DNA of 64,000 nucleotides, taken from the NCBI GenBank assembly GCA_951406725.2, contig OX597837.1, positions 23,250,001 through 23,314,000 on the forward strand, given 5' to 3'. Under the pieces are notes generated by a model. The model ran no database searches and had not been told where the DNA came from. It was given only the letters and a program-made list of their open reading frames with translations. Position numbers and translations under genes: made by a program. Below, piece after piece: positions 52,976-64,000 of the stretch (position 1 is its first letter; each line of letters opens with the position of its first letter). The DNA comes from Octopus vulgaris (lineage: Eukaryota).

Positions 52976-53121
52976 ATCTACATAGGTATGTGTCTGTGTG
53001 TGTATGTGTGTGTGTGCATGAGTGTGTGTGTGTGTACATATAATATAAGGACAAAGAGAGATAGCAATAGATGGATAGATAACAGATAAGCAGAAGAGGA
53101 GGAGGAGAGAAAGAGAGAGGA

Positions 53122-53154
<33 letters not shown>

Positions 53155-53814
53155 TAAAAGAGGTCAGAGGATTTAATATCTGTTGAACATATAGTACAGT
53201 GGTAGTTATGCTAAAGTGATAAGAACCGACATACGGGTTCAAGCCCAACCAAGCTCGCTTTGTTTCTGTTCACTTTGCATTTGAGCTCTAAATTCTTCAT
53301 ATAGAAAAAGTAAACACAGATATAGACACATACACCCACTCACACACCTGTATTTTCTATGTATGTATCATATGTCGGCTTCAAATTTTCGTTCAAGACC
53401 AGTAATCTTGCGGAGGATGTAAGTCAGAGAGAAGTGAGCCCAGTGTTCAACTGGTACTTAATTTATCGACTCTGAAAGGATGAAGAAAGTTGACCTCAGC
53501 GTTTGAACTTAGAATGTACAGCCAGAAGAAATACAATTATGCATTTTTTCCAGCATACCAACGATTCTGCCAGCTTGCCACTTATAGGTATCAAATATTA
53601 ATATATATACATACATCCATCCATATACATATACATGTGTATATATATATATATATATATAAAACAAAACTGGGAGGAAGGGAGGTGGGACGAAACGACG
53701 AATCGAATCGACCCTGACGCGAACGTGCTGTCAGACAATAATGTAATAAATAAAATATATGCATGCATACAAACATATATGTACGTACCTACATCTACAT
53801 ATATATATATATAT

Positions 53815-54017
53815 GATAGATCATTAGCTCCTACACGCATTTTTTTCTCTCCTTGTTACTCTCCTTGTTTTTTTCTGTGTATCTTTCTGTCGAAGAGCGT
53901 AGGCTCGAGACGTAAAAGACTTTTTCTATTTCTATTCCTGAGCGCTATACTAATACATTTGTTTGTTTGTACTCCACCTGCTTTCGTCTTTTGTTTATTT
54001 TTGTAAACCTTCCCTTT
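53815..54017 (+). mobile_element. Penelope-like module, CUGUNGA hammerhead family
   Basis: CTTT-CTGTCGA (53887)-A-GAGC-GTAG-GCTC-GAGACGTA-AAAG, between (TA)n tracts. A more decayed copy lies at ~54395-54435. Confidence 0.7.
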
Positions 54018-54575
54018 ATATATATAGATAGATACTAAGTAATTAACTCTTTGACTGCTACTTCTAAATTCGGTGTGTGGTGAGGCAAATCGTTGCTAAA
54101 CCCTTAATTACTTAGTATTACTTAAACCTTCTTCGAATGGGGCTTTTACATGCCGAAATCTACTTGGTGAAATTAATGATTACTCCAAATTAATTGATTT
54201 CACCCTATATTATTATATAGATAGATAGATAGATATATACATATATATATATGCATATATATATATGTATGCATATATATATGTGTGTGTATATATCTAT
54301 ATATAACCATACATACATAAACTGTTAATCTCTACATACATTTTTCTGTCTTTGGTTTTTTTTTTTGTTCTCTCCCCATTTTTTTCCTCTGAATCCTTTC
54401 TGTCAAAGAGTGAAGGCTTGAAATGTCAATGACTTTTCCATTCTCCCCAACTGTCAAACAAAATATATATATGAGTGTGTGTGTGTATACACACACATAT
54501 ACAGGTATGTATATATGTATGTGTACGTATGTAGGTATATCATATTAATATACATATACAGATATATGTATAGTA

Positions 54576-54623
<48 letters not shown>

Positions 54624-55609
54624 GATATATATATTTATATGCATACATACATGTACATATATACATACATGCATACATATATACATACACACACATGCGT
54701 GTGTATGTATGTGTGTGTGTGTGCATGCTGTATGTATGTATATATGTATGCATATGATTTGACCAAAATAGTGTTGCAAACTGAAAGAAACAAAAACGAA
54801 ACTAAACTGCATTATGTGTTTAATATTATCGAAAAAAGTCAGCAACACAATAACATTTGCTGAGTTTGGCATCGATGGCTGAAATATTCAAGCTGTTTTA
54901 ATGCTAATGCCATTATAGGAATTTTGGCTCTGTTTAATTGAAATTAAACCTGTTCTTATAAAAACTTGGAATTGAATATCTATTATCTGGCAAAGATTTA
55001 AGGACTTAATTTGCTTCTTTTTGGCATTGTGTCAGGCAATTATTTTTCTTATTGTTTTCGATGCTACTCTTTCTCTCCTCTTCTTTGTTTTTTGTTTTTT
55101 TTTTTTACTTTTTTCAATGAATGTGTCCCTGTCCTGTATTTATGTACATGTGTGTGTGCGTACACACACATTCACATATGCACACACACACACACACACT
55201 TATAAATATAAATATGTATGTATATATGTACGTGTATTTATATAAATATGTTTATACATGCATATATACAAACATTTACATTTATATATATTTATATATA
55301 TATATATATACACACACACATATGCATATAAAAATATATATACATGCATATACATACATACACACACATATATATGTATGTATATGTATATATATATATA
55401 CATATATATATACACACACATATGTATATAAACTATGCATACATGCATATACATACATACACATATATGTATGTGTATATATATATATATATTAATGCAC
55501 ACACACATACATATATTTATGTATAGAAATATATGTATGTATTACATATTATATATAAGTCTATATATATACTCATGCACACATATATCTATATGTAAAT
55601 ATAGATATA

Positions 55610-56190
55610 AGCAGCTATTATTGGCTGTTGATGATTTTGAAAAGGCATTTGACAAGATACCACATTCAGTAATTTGGTAGTTATTGAGAAAATTAGGTGA
55701 AGACCAATGGCTCATGAAGGCTGTGTGGAAGCACTCCGTCGGTTACGACGACGAGGGTTCCGGTTGATCCGAATGAATGGAACAGCCTGCTCGTGAAATT
55801 AGCGTTTAAGTGGCTGAGCACTCCACAGACACGTGTACCCTTAACGTAGTTCTCGGGGATATTCAGCATGACACAGAGAGTGACAAGGCCGGCCCTTTGA
55901 AATACAGGTACAACAGAAACAGGAAGTAAGAGTGAGAGAAAGTTGTGGTGAAAGAGTACAGCAGGGATCACCACCATCCCCTGCCGGAGCCTCGTGGAGC
56001 TTTAGGTGTTTTCACTCAATAAACACTCACAACGCCCGGTCTGGGAATCGAAACCGCGATCCTATGACCGCGAGTCCGCTGCCCTAACCACTGGGCCATT
56101 GCGCCTCCACTTGAAGGCTGTACAAGCCATACACAAAGACACAGTTAAATAACATGAGAATAAACAACAACTTCAGTGACGATTTAGTAT
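55610..56190 (+). pseudogene. RTE reverse transcriptase fragment split by SINE A
   Basis: AVDDFEKAFDKIPHSVIW*LLRKLG..WLMKAV | QAIH; compare RTE DLEKAFDRVPR.VIW. Confidence 0.65.
55725..56111 (-). mobile_element. SINE family A, full length
   Basis: TSD TGAAGGCTGT at 55715-55724 and 56112-56121. Confidence 0.93.
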
Positions 56191-56584
56191 GAAGGTAGGC
56201 TGAAAAGTTACTAGCTTTGAATAGAAGAAAATACAGGAGGATCAGTTAATCATGGTTTTATTCAGTATACTTCCCTCAGAGATTCACACACCTATTGCAG
56301 CAGTCCTTCAGTTTTTCTAAGCCCTGTAAAAGAACTCAGAAGTTTGGACCTCTAACAAAGCTTTCTTGATAAACTGAAAGTCAGGAACTTTTCTGTTTCC
56401 CCTCATATATATATATTATACATATGTATGCATAACGACCTCAAACCTACAAGAGTAAACAAGAGAGACAGAGACAGAGACAGGCAGAAACAAGGAAAAT
56501 GCCACTTGTATTTGAACACTGTGCAAATATTCTTTTAAAAAAACTTTTCTTTTAATTTTTCTAAATTTAATTATTTAATTGTTA

Positions 56585-56620
56585 CAGTTGAAAAAGTCTC
56601 AATGACTGAAACCGGTACTG
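56585..56620 (+). ncRNA. Decayed minimal hammerhead motif
   Basis: CAG-TTGAAAA-AGTC-TCAAT-GACT-GAAACCGGTA-CTG. Stems I and II and palindromic stem III are intact; the core is mutated. Confidence 0.5.
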
Positions 56621-56686
56621 AAATGTTTTTTTAAAAATTATTTAACATTTTCTATCTTGACTTGTTTTGCCATACACACACACACT

Positions 56687-56719
<33 letters not shown>

Positions 56720-56721
<2 letters not shown>

Positions 56722-57115
56722 GAAAGAATGGAGTTGAATGACGATTTAACAAAATTCCTTTATTCTCGACATATGTTTCGAAGGCTGCATATTCCTAATT
56801 TCGAAGGAATAAGGGGTGCATTATGCCACCTTCTCATCAGGAAAAACAAGGAACTTACGTCAGCATCAAGATGAACAAAAACTTTTAGATGACTGCCCAC
56901 ACGGAGCCCATAGCGATAATGCTATGGGCTCCGTGTGGGCAGTCATCTAAAAGTTTTTGTTCATCTTGATGCTGACATAAGTTCCTTGTTTTTCCTAATG
57001 AGAAGGCGGCATAATGTACCCCTAATTCCTTCAAAATTAGGAATATGCAGCCTTCGAAACATATGTCGAGAATAAAGGAATTTTGTTAAATCGTCGTTCA
57101 ACTCCATTCTTTCAT
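56720..57115. repeat. Palindrome with 195-bp arms (inverted Penelope-like pLTR pair)
   Basis: Arms 56720-56914 and 56921-57115, loop GATAAT, about 7 mismatches by eye. Confidence 0.95.
56763..56845 (-). ncRNA. Type-I hammerhead with canonical core
   Basis: TTTTC-CTGATGA-GAAGG...CCTTC-GAAAC-ATAT-GTC-GAGAA. The mirror copy on the + strand (~56990-57072) has CTAATGA. Confidence 0.8.
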
Positions 57116-57267
57116 TTATTTGTATTTAAAAAAACACACAAATTTCCACACAAAAGCACGTGATCTCTGCCCTTGGCATGTAGCTTCAACCATGTTTTTC
57201 TGACGTGAATTTGCTATCCAGGTATCGGTTAACCGAATTATCCATACTAAGATAATTCATTCTAGTA

Positions 57268-57299
<32 letters not shown>

Positions 57300-57304
<5 letters not shown>

Positions 57305-57865
57305 GAGCAAAACGCTCCCCACCACGTCCAATGGACAGTGCTGAGTTGTCAAACATTTCAACCAAATTTTCTCAAAACAACTTGTCTGACCGTCCCATAG
57401 ACCTCCCCTTTGAGAAATGCTGATGTAGCCTAAATTTTGGACACCAGCAAAATAAGAAATAAAGATAGACTTTTTTTCTATTCCAAGGAAAAACGATTTT
57501 ATCCACACAAATATGCAACCAAAGAGTTTAAAGTACCAGTAATGATAAGGCTGTTGACTGGGAGAACACAAACATGGTTTAAATAGTAAGCTTGGCAGGA
57601 AAGAAATGTGCCTTTAAGCAGTACAAAAACAACAAAAAATGGAAGGTGCAGTTATGTACAGGTTGACGGAAGAAAAGCAGGACAAAAATGGCTTTATCGA
57701 TCGCATTCTCACCAAGAATCGATTTTTGTAATTTTTTCAAGACTTATACATGCCCTGATACCATCAATAATCTCCATATCAAATTTGAGCACAATCGTAT
57801 GGAGGATACCCAAGATCCTAGAAGACACACACACAGACAGACAGAACGGATTTTATATGATATAT
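57300..57865 (+). mobile_element. Helitron-related non-autonomous element (HINE/DINE-1-like)
   Basis: Starts TATACGAGC in (TA)n and ends ...TATCAAATTTGAGCACAATCG...(CAGA)n GGATTTTATATGATATA. Confidence 0.6.
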
Positions 57866-57872
57866 ATATGTA

Positions 57873-58015
57873 TAGGGAGAGTTTATGAAAAAAACAAATG
57901 ATGAAGACAGGTGGTGTACAAAACAAACAGATGTATTAGTATAACGCTCAGGAATAGAAAAAGTCTTTTACGTTTCGAGCCTTCGCTCTTCTACAGAAAG
58001 GGACACAAAAAACAA
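57873..58015 (-). mobile_element. Penelope-like module, CUGUNGA hammerhead family
   Basis: Minus strand CTTT-CTGTAGA-A-GAGC-GAAG-GCTC-GAAACGTA-AAAG at ~57965-58000. Confidence 0.75.
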
Positions 58016-58019
58016 GGGT

Positions 58020-58312
58020 CGACCAATGCCTTGTGAGTGGATTTGGTAGACGGAAACTGAAAGAAGCCTGTCGTATATATGTATATATATATGTATATGT
58101 ATGTGTTTGTGTGTCTGTGTTTGTACCCTTAGCATTACTTGACAACTGATGCTGGTGTGTTTACGTCCCCGTCACTTAGCGGTTTGGCAAAGGAGACCGA
58201 TAGAATAAGTACTGGGCTTACAAAGAATAAGTCCCGGGGTCGATTTGCTCGATTAAAGGCAGTGCTCCAGCATGGCCACAGTCAAATGACTGAAACAAGT
58301 AAAAGAGTAAAA
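58020..58312 (+). mobile_element. SINE family C 3' two-thirds
   Basis: Family C body and tail. Confidence 0.88.
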
Positions 58313-58769
58313 GAGCATATGTTGATTTTTAACCAACGCAGTATGTTACATTAAATGTAAACACCATGTCTATACATACAATATACTCTTGAACAGAACA
58401 AGAAGGAACAGGCACATTTACTGTACATTTAGCCCTTTCTGGAGTCTTGTCACGAGATGTGCACTTTCCTTCAATATTCACAAACATATTGATTATAAAT
58501 CCACTGATATTTGTGGTCAAAGTAAACTGGATTGACCAATTTACATATTTAACACATTTTTTTTTACTACTAAGTTGACTATTAAATTACTAGTGTTACT
58601 TTTGAATCACTAGTGTTATCTTTCACTGCTATAACGTACTGTTAGAACATTATCATCATCATATCATCATCATCATCATCATCATAATCATCATCACAAT
58701 CATTGTCATCACTGTCGTCGGCATTGCCATCATCATCATCACCGTCATCATCATCATTACCTGATAACT

Positions 58770-59420
58770 TAAAGGGGATGGAACTTGTGAAGGAAGGAGA
58801 TCCAGAAAAGCATCTCAAGACGTTGAGCCTCATGAAGCTGATGACAAAGAACTGAGGTGTCTGGTGCCTTGCTGTTCTCAAGAGGGCCTGTCCACCACAG
58901 CAGAATTGATACCAGTGCTGGTGCCACATACAAAAGCACCCAGTACACTCTGTAAAGTGGCTGGTATTTGGAAGGGCATCCAGTTGTAGAAACTTTGCCA
59001 AAACAGACAATGGAAGCTGGTATAGCCTCACCAGCCTTACCAGTTACTGTCAAATGGTCTAACCCATGCTAGTATGAAAATGGACATTAAATGATGATGA
59101 TGATCATGATGACAACGATGACGATGATGATCATGATGATGACAATGACAACGAATATGATGACGATGATGTTGATGATGATGATGATATTTCCTACTTG
59201 CATGGGTCGGATGATGATGATGATGCTGATGACGATGATGATGATGATGATGATGATGACGATGATATTCCATGCTTGCATGGGTTGGACGAATGTTAAC
59301 ATTAAATGATGATGATGATGATGATGATGATGACAACGATATTCCATGCTTGCATGGGTTGGTTGGAATTTGTGGAAGTGGATTTTTTCTACAGCTGGAT
59401 GCTCTTCCTGTCTCCAACCT
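58770..59420. mobile_element. Family D copy with RTE coding remnant, followed by inverted D tails in (GAT)n
   Basis: + copy at 58770-59100; minus-strand TTCCATGCTTGCATGGGT tails at ~59190, 59270 and 59343. Confidence 0.7.
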
Positions 59421-60010
59421 TTGCCTGGTATCAAGTAAGGTAATATTTCCATACGACCAGACGTGTTTTCATAGAAGATTGAAATGATGGACTCAACTTG
59501 ACTGTGATGTCTAGTCAAGGAGACAGTAACACACACACACACACACACATACATAAACACACATACACTGGGCTTCTTAGCTACCAAATCCATTCACAAG
59601 GCTTTACCTATAGGAGAAGAAAGATATTTGTTCAACATACCATGAAGTGGGACTGAACCTGAAACCACATGGCTGGAAAACAAACTTCTTACCACACAGC
59701 CATACTTTATAGATTTTTAGTCATCACTATGTTACAATGATTGCAAACATTGTGCCTACATATATACAATAAGCTCACGGACTGAGGCTCCCAGTAGGGC
59801 TGAGACTCACAACATTTACAGCTGTTCTTCCTTTTTCTGTCCATGAGTATATTGTAATGTTTTCATACATTGGAAGACTTAAGGCTGGCTAAAACTTTAT
59901 AGATTTAAGTATGTTATGGCAAAGAAACAAATCACTTAACACACAAGTTATTTAATATTAAAAGTAGATGGTAAGAAAGTTTTACATGCATGTGTGTATG
60001 TCTATCTATC

Positions 60011-60088
<78 letters not shown>

Positions 60089-60206
60089 GCCTGCCTGCTT
60101 GCCTGCCTGCTTGCCTGCCTGCTTGCCTGCCTGCTTGTCTGTCTGTCTGTCTATCTATCCCTCCCCCTCCCCTCTCTTCTTCTCTCTCTCTCACTCTCTC
60201 TAGATT

Positions 60207-60246
<40 letters not shown>

Positions 60247-60852
60247 TATATATATATATATAGATATTAAATTAGATCAAAGATATAAAATCCTGTTAAA
60301 GGGATGTTAGCATCCAAGGTCCCCCAGTTTTATCCAGTGTATCAGTGTATCGAGCAAATCGACCCCAGGACTTATTCTTTGTAAGCCTAGTACTTATTTT
60401 ATCGGTCTCTCACACACACACACACACACATATATACGATGGGCTTCTTTCAGTTTCTGTCTACCAAATCCACTCACAAGGCTTTGGTCAGCCTGAGACT
60501 ATAGTAGAAGACACTTGCCCAAGGTGCCACACAGTGGGACTGAACCCGGAACCACACAGCCACTCCTAGGCCTATATACAAATAGTGTAAAACCATTTGC
60601 TTGTATGCCATGATGATGTGTATCAAAGAATAAACTCAAATATGAATTAGAAGCAGAACTAGTGTTGCAAACATTATTGACCGTACATACTCAATATATA
60701 TTTTGCTTGTTTGCCAGTAGGTTGTGAAATAGCACAGTGGGGATGACTCCCTCAAAGCACTGGGTGTTAAACCACCTGAAAAAGTCATCCTCATTGTGCT
60801 AAATTGCATCCTACCAGTGGACAAGCATTTGCCCAAAGTTTGTTTTTGTTTG

Positions 60853-61383
60853 TTCCTTCTTGAGCCATGCCTGGCTCATAAGGGCTGGTTTCCCGGTTTC
60901 CTTGGCATATAGGTTCCCCACCTGGATGGGACACCGGACCGTCGCAGGTGAGCTGCAAGATGCAGGAGTAAAGAGTGAGAGAAAGTTGTGGCAAAAGAGT
61001 CAGCAGAAGTTCGCCATTACCTTCTGCCGGAGCTGTATGGAGCTTAGGTGTTTCACTCATAAACACACACATCACCCGGTCTGAGATTCCTTCTCGAGCC
61101 ATGCCTGGCTCATAAGGGCCAGTTTCCCGGTTTCCTTGGCATATAGGTTCCCCACCTGGACGAGACACCAGTCCGTCGTGGGTGAGCTGCAAGATGCAGG
61201 AGGAAAGAGTGAGAGAAATTTGTGGCGAAAGAGTCAGCAGAAATTTGCCATTACCTTCTGCTGGAGCCGCGTGGAGCTTAGGTGTTTTACTCATAAACAC
61301 ACACATCACCCAGTCTGTGATTCGAACCCATGATCCCTCGACCATGAGTCCGCTGCTCTAACCATTAGGCCATGTGCCTCCAC
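60853..61383 (-). mobile_element. SINE family A (fourth-tail type) head-to-tail dimer
   Basis: Full copy 61088-61383 plus a head-truncated copy 60853-61087. Confidence 0.85.
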
Positions 61384-61799
61384 TACTTGCCCAAAGTGCC
61401 AAACCGCAAGACTGAACCTGGAGCCATATGACTGCAAAGCAAACATCTTACCACACTACCTTGCCTATCCACCATCCTCACCTCTGCCCTCTGTACTTAA
61501 CTACCTAACCATCCACCAGCCAACCTACCTGCCTACTTAACCACACATATCTCTGACCGTCTGTTTCTGATATCTATTGTATCCTCTAAAATATTCTATA
61601 GTTCAGTCATAATCTTTGTTATTAATCTCTTATCGCTGTTCGCCCTCTCACTGTAAATATTTCGTCTCTCTCAAGTCAGGTTTAATACATGAATTAATTA
61701 ACAATAAACGACAATTGATGATTCAGTTGCTGCACTCTTATTGCTTTGTTCGTGTCTTAACCAAAGGCGTTAGCAGTGTTATACAAGCGAAATAGCATT

Positions 61800-62190
61800 G
61801 TTGCCATTGTTGTCATCATCATCATCATCATCATCATCGTCGTCGTCATCATTGTCGTTGTTGTTGTTGTTATTGTTGTTGTCATTATCATCGTCATCAT
61901 TGCCATTATCAGCATCCTTATCATCGTAATGATTTTCATCATCATCATCATCATCGTCATCATCGTCGTCGTCATCATTATCGTCATTGTCATCATCATC
62001 ATCGTCGTCATCATCATAATCATCATTATTATCAATATCATCATCACATCATCTTCGTCATTGTCATTGCCGTTGTCAGCATCCTTATCATCATAATTTT
62101 TCTCATCATCATCATCATCATCGTCATCATCGTGGTCATCGTCATTGTTGTTATCGTCGTCGTCATCATCATCATCATCATCATCATTTT
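61800..62190. repeat. Degenerate (CAT/CGT)n microsatellite
   Basis: Direct observation. Confidence 0.92.
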
Positions 62191-62544
62191 TCGCGAACAT
62201 ATTGAAGCCTCCAGAACATCCTATGGGGAACTAGTCTGAAACTCTGAGATAATTGGAAACTGAACCCTAATTAAACCCTATCCCTCCACTGAATTTTTCA
62301 CCATCTCCTATTGCTCATATTATATTGACTGCACTTCTGTAAAGATAATGTATGGCCCTCACAAGCCATTCATCTACCCCCTAGCTTCCTTAGCTAGCAC
62401 CAGAACACAGAATGAGGGCCACTGTCAAGTTGACAAATGCCAGATAAGGGGACTTGACTCAAGGCTATGTACTTCTCTTGCAGATGCTTCACTAGGCATG
62501 TGGAATCAGTGGTATGTTAGTGAGGCTATATAGGTGCAGGCAAA

Positions 62545-62745
62545 GGTGGTGAGCTGGCAGAATTGTTAGCACACCGGGCAAAATGCTTAGCAGCTATGTT
62601 CTGAGTTCAAATTCCGCCGAAGTCAACTTTGTCTTTCATCCTTCTGGGGTTAATAAATTAAGTACCAGTTGCGTACTGAGGTTGATCTAATCGACTGGCC
62701 CCCTTCCTAAAAATTTCGGGCCTTGTGCCTAGAGTAGAAAAGAAT
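62545..62745 (+). mobile_element. SINE family B variant (tail CCTTGTGCCTAGAGTAGAAAAG)
   Basis: B head and central domain with an alternative tail. Confidence 0.8.
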
Positions 62746-62749
62746 ATAT

Positions 62750-63600
62750 AGGTGAAGGCATTAGTAGTATGGTAAGAAGTTTGCTTCCCATCCACCTGCT
62801 TCCAGGTTCAGTCTCACTCTGTGGTACCTTGGGAGTGTTTTCTATTATGGCCTCAGGCTGACCAAAGCCTTATGAGGGGATTTGGTTCATGGAAACTGTA
62901 AAGAAGCCCATCATATATGTATGTGAGGCATGCATGTGCGCAAGTGTGTGTGCATGCATGTGAATATGCATGTGTGTGTTTGAGTGTATGTCTGTGTTTG
63001 TATCCCACTACTGCTTGACAATCGGTGTTGGTGTGTTTACATCCCCATAACTTAGTAGTTTGGCAAAAGAGGCCAATAGAATAAGCACCAGATTTGAAAA
63101 CGTAAGTGCAGTGGTCAATTCATATAATTAAAATTCTCCAAAGCAGTTCCCCACGCTGGGGCACTGCCTTAGAGAAGTAAGGATAAAAAAAGAATACATA
63201 TATATACACAGGGGTAGGTGTGGCACTGTGGTAAGAAGGTTGCTTCCAAACCATGTGATCACAGGTTCAGTCCCACTGACCAAAGCCTTGTGCATGGATT
63301 TGGTACACAGAGACTGAAAGAAGACTATTATATTTGTGTGTGTGTGTTTGTGTTTCTGTGTGTGTGTTTCTCTCTGTCCCCCACCACCATTTGACAACCA
63401 GTGTCGGTGTGTTTACTTCTCTGTAACTCAGTTGTTCAACAAAAGAGGCCAGTAAATTAAGTACTGGATTTTATAAAAATAAGTACTGGATTTTATAAAA
63501 ATAAGTACAGGGTCAACTCATTTGACTAAAATTCTTCAAGGCAGAGCCCCAGCAAGGTTGCAGTCCAATGACTGAAACAAATAGAAAAATAAAAAGAATA
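62750..63600 (+). mobile_element. Two older family C copies
   Basis: Diverged C motifs at 62750-63160 and 63210-63600. Confidence 0.7.
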
Positions 63601-63639
63601 CATATAATTACATATCTGTTGTGCAAATTATTATATTTA

Positions 63640-64000
63640 CTCTTTCACTCTTTAACTTGTTTCAGTCATTTGACTGTGGCCATGCTGGAGCACCGCCTTT
63701 AGTCAAGCAAATCGACCCCAGGACTTATTCTTTGTAAGCCTAGTACTTATTCTATCAGTCTCTTTTGCTGAACCACTAAGTTACGGGTATGTAAATACAC
63801 CAACATCAGTTGTCAAGCGATGTTGGGTGTGGTGGGCAAACACAGACACACAAATATAAACACACACATATATATATATATGCATATATACGACAGGCTT
63901 CTTTCAGTTTCCGTCTACCAAATCCACTCACAAGGCTTTGGTTAGCCTGAGGCTATATTAGAAGACACTTGCCCATGGGGCCACACAGTGGGACTGAACC
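63640..64000 (-). mobile_element. SINE family C (runs off window end)
   Basis: Reverse complement of the C tail and body. Confidence 0.88.

Noticed and set aside
54070-54115. Hammerhead-like GTGGTGA-GGCAA..TTGCT-AAAC (also ~47585, ~45853 and ~59770)
   Set aside because: The cores have multiple mismatches and stem I is absent, so they are not counted.

Overview
This is AT-rich, microsatellite-dense eukaryotic DNA from an intron or intergenic region. The repeat families look like those of Octopus (a coleoid cephalopod); that is my recognition and is not verified. I could not identify any host protein-coding exon, and nearly all listed ORFs are microsatellite or repeat artefacts. The window is a mosaic of repeats: (1) three tRNA-headed SINE families, labelled A (tRNA-Arg-like head, at least four alternative tails), B and C (CORE-like); (2) 5'-truncated RTE 3'-UTR copies, labelled D; (3) an (AAT)n-targeted element, labelled E; (4) RTE, CR1, R4/Dong and Tx1-like LINE fragments; (5) mariner, maT, piggyBac-type MITE and Helitron remnants. 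The main hidden signal is about 15-20 minimal type-I hammerhead ribozyme motifs in short non-coding Penelope-like modules, many embedded in (TA)n tracts. They include a TSD-flanked tRNA-headed hammerhead element with an inverted terminal repeat (24664-25205), which is a candidate Penelope-mobilised SINE. They also include a 195-bp-arm palindrome (56720-57115), a retrozyme-like ~305-bp tandem repeat (38231-39035) and a family with a shared CUGUNGA core variant. Two SINE-LINE shared-tail partnerships and several locally templated fold-back duplications are also visible.
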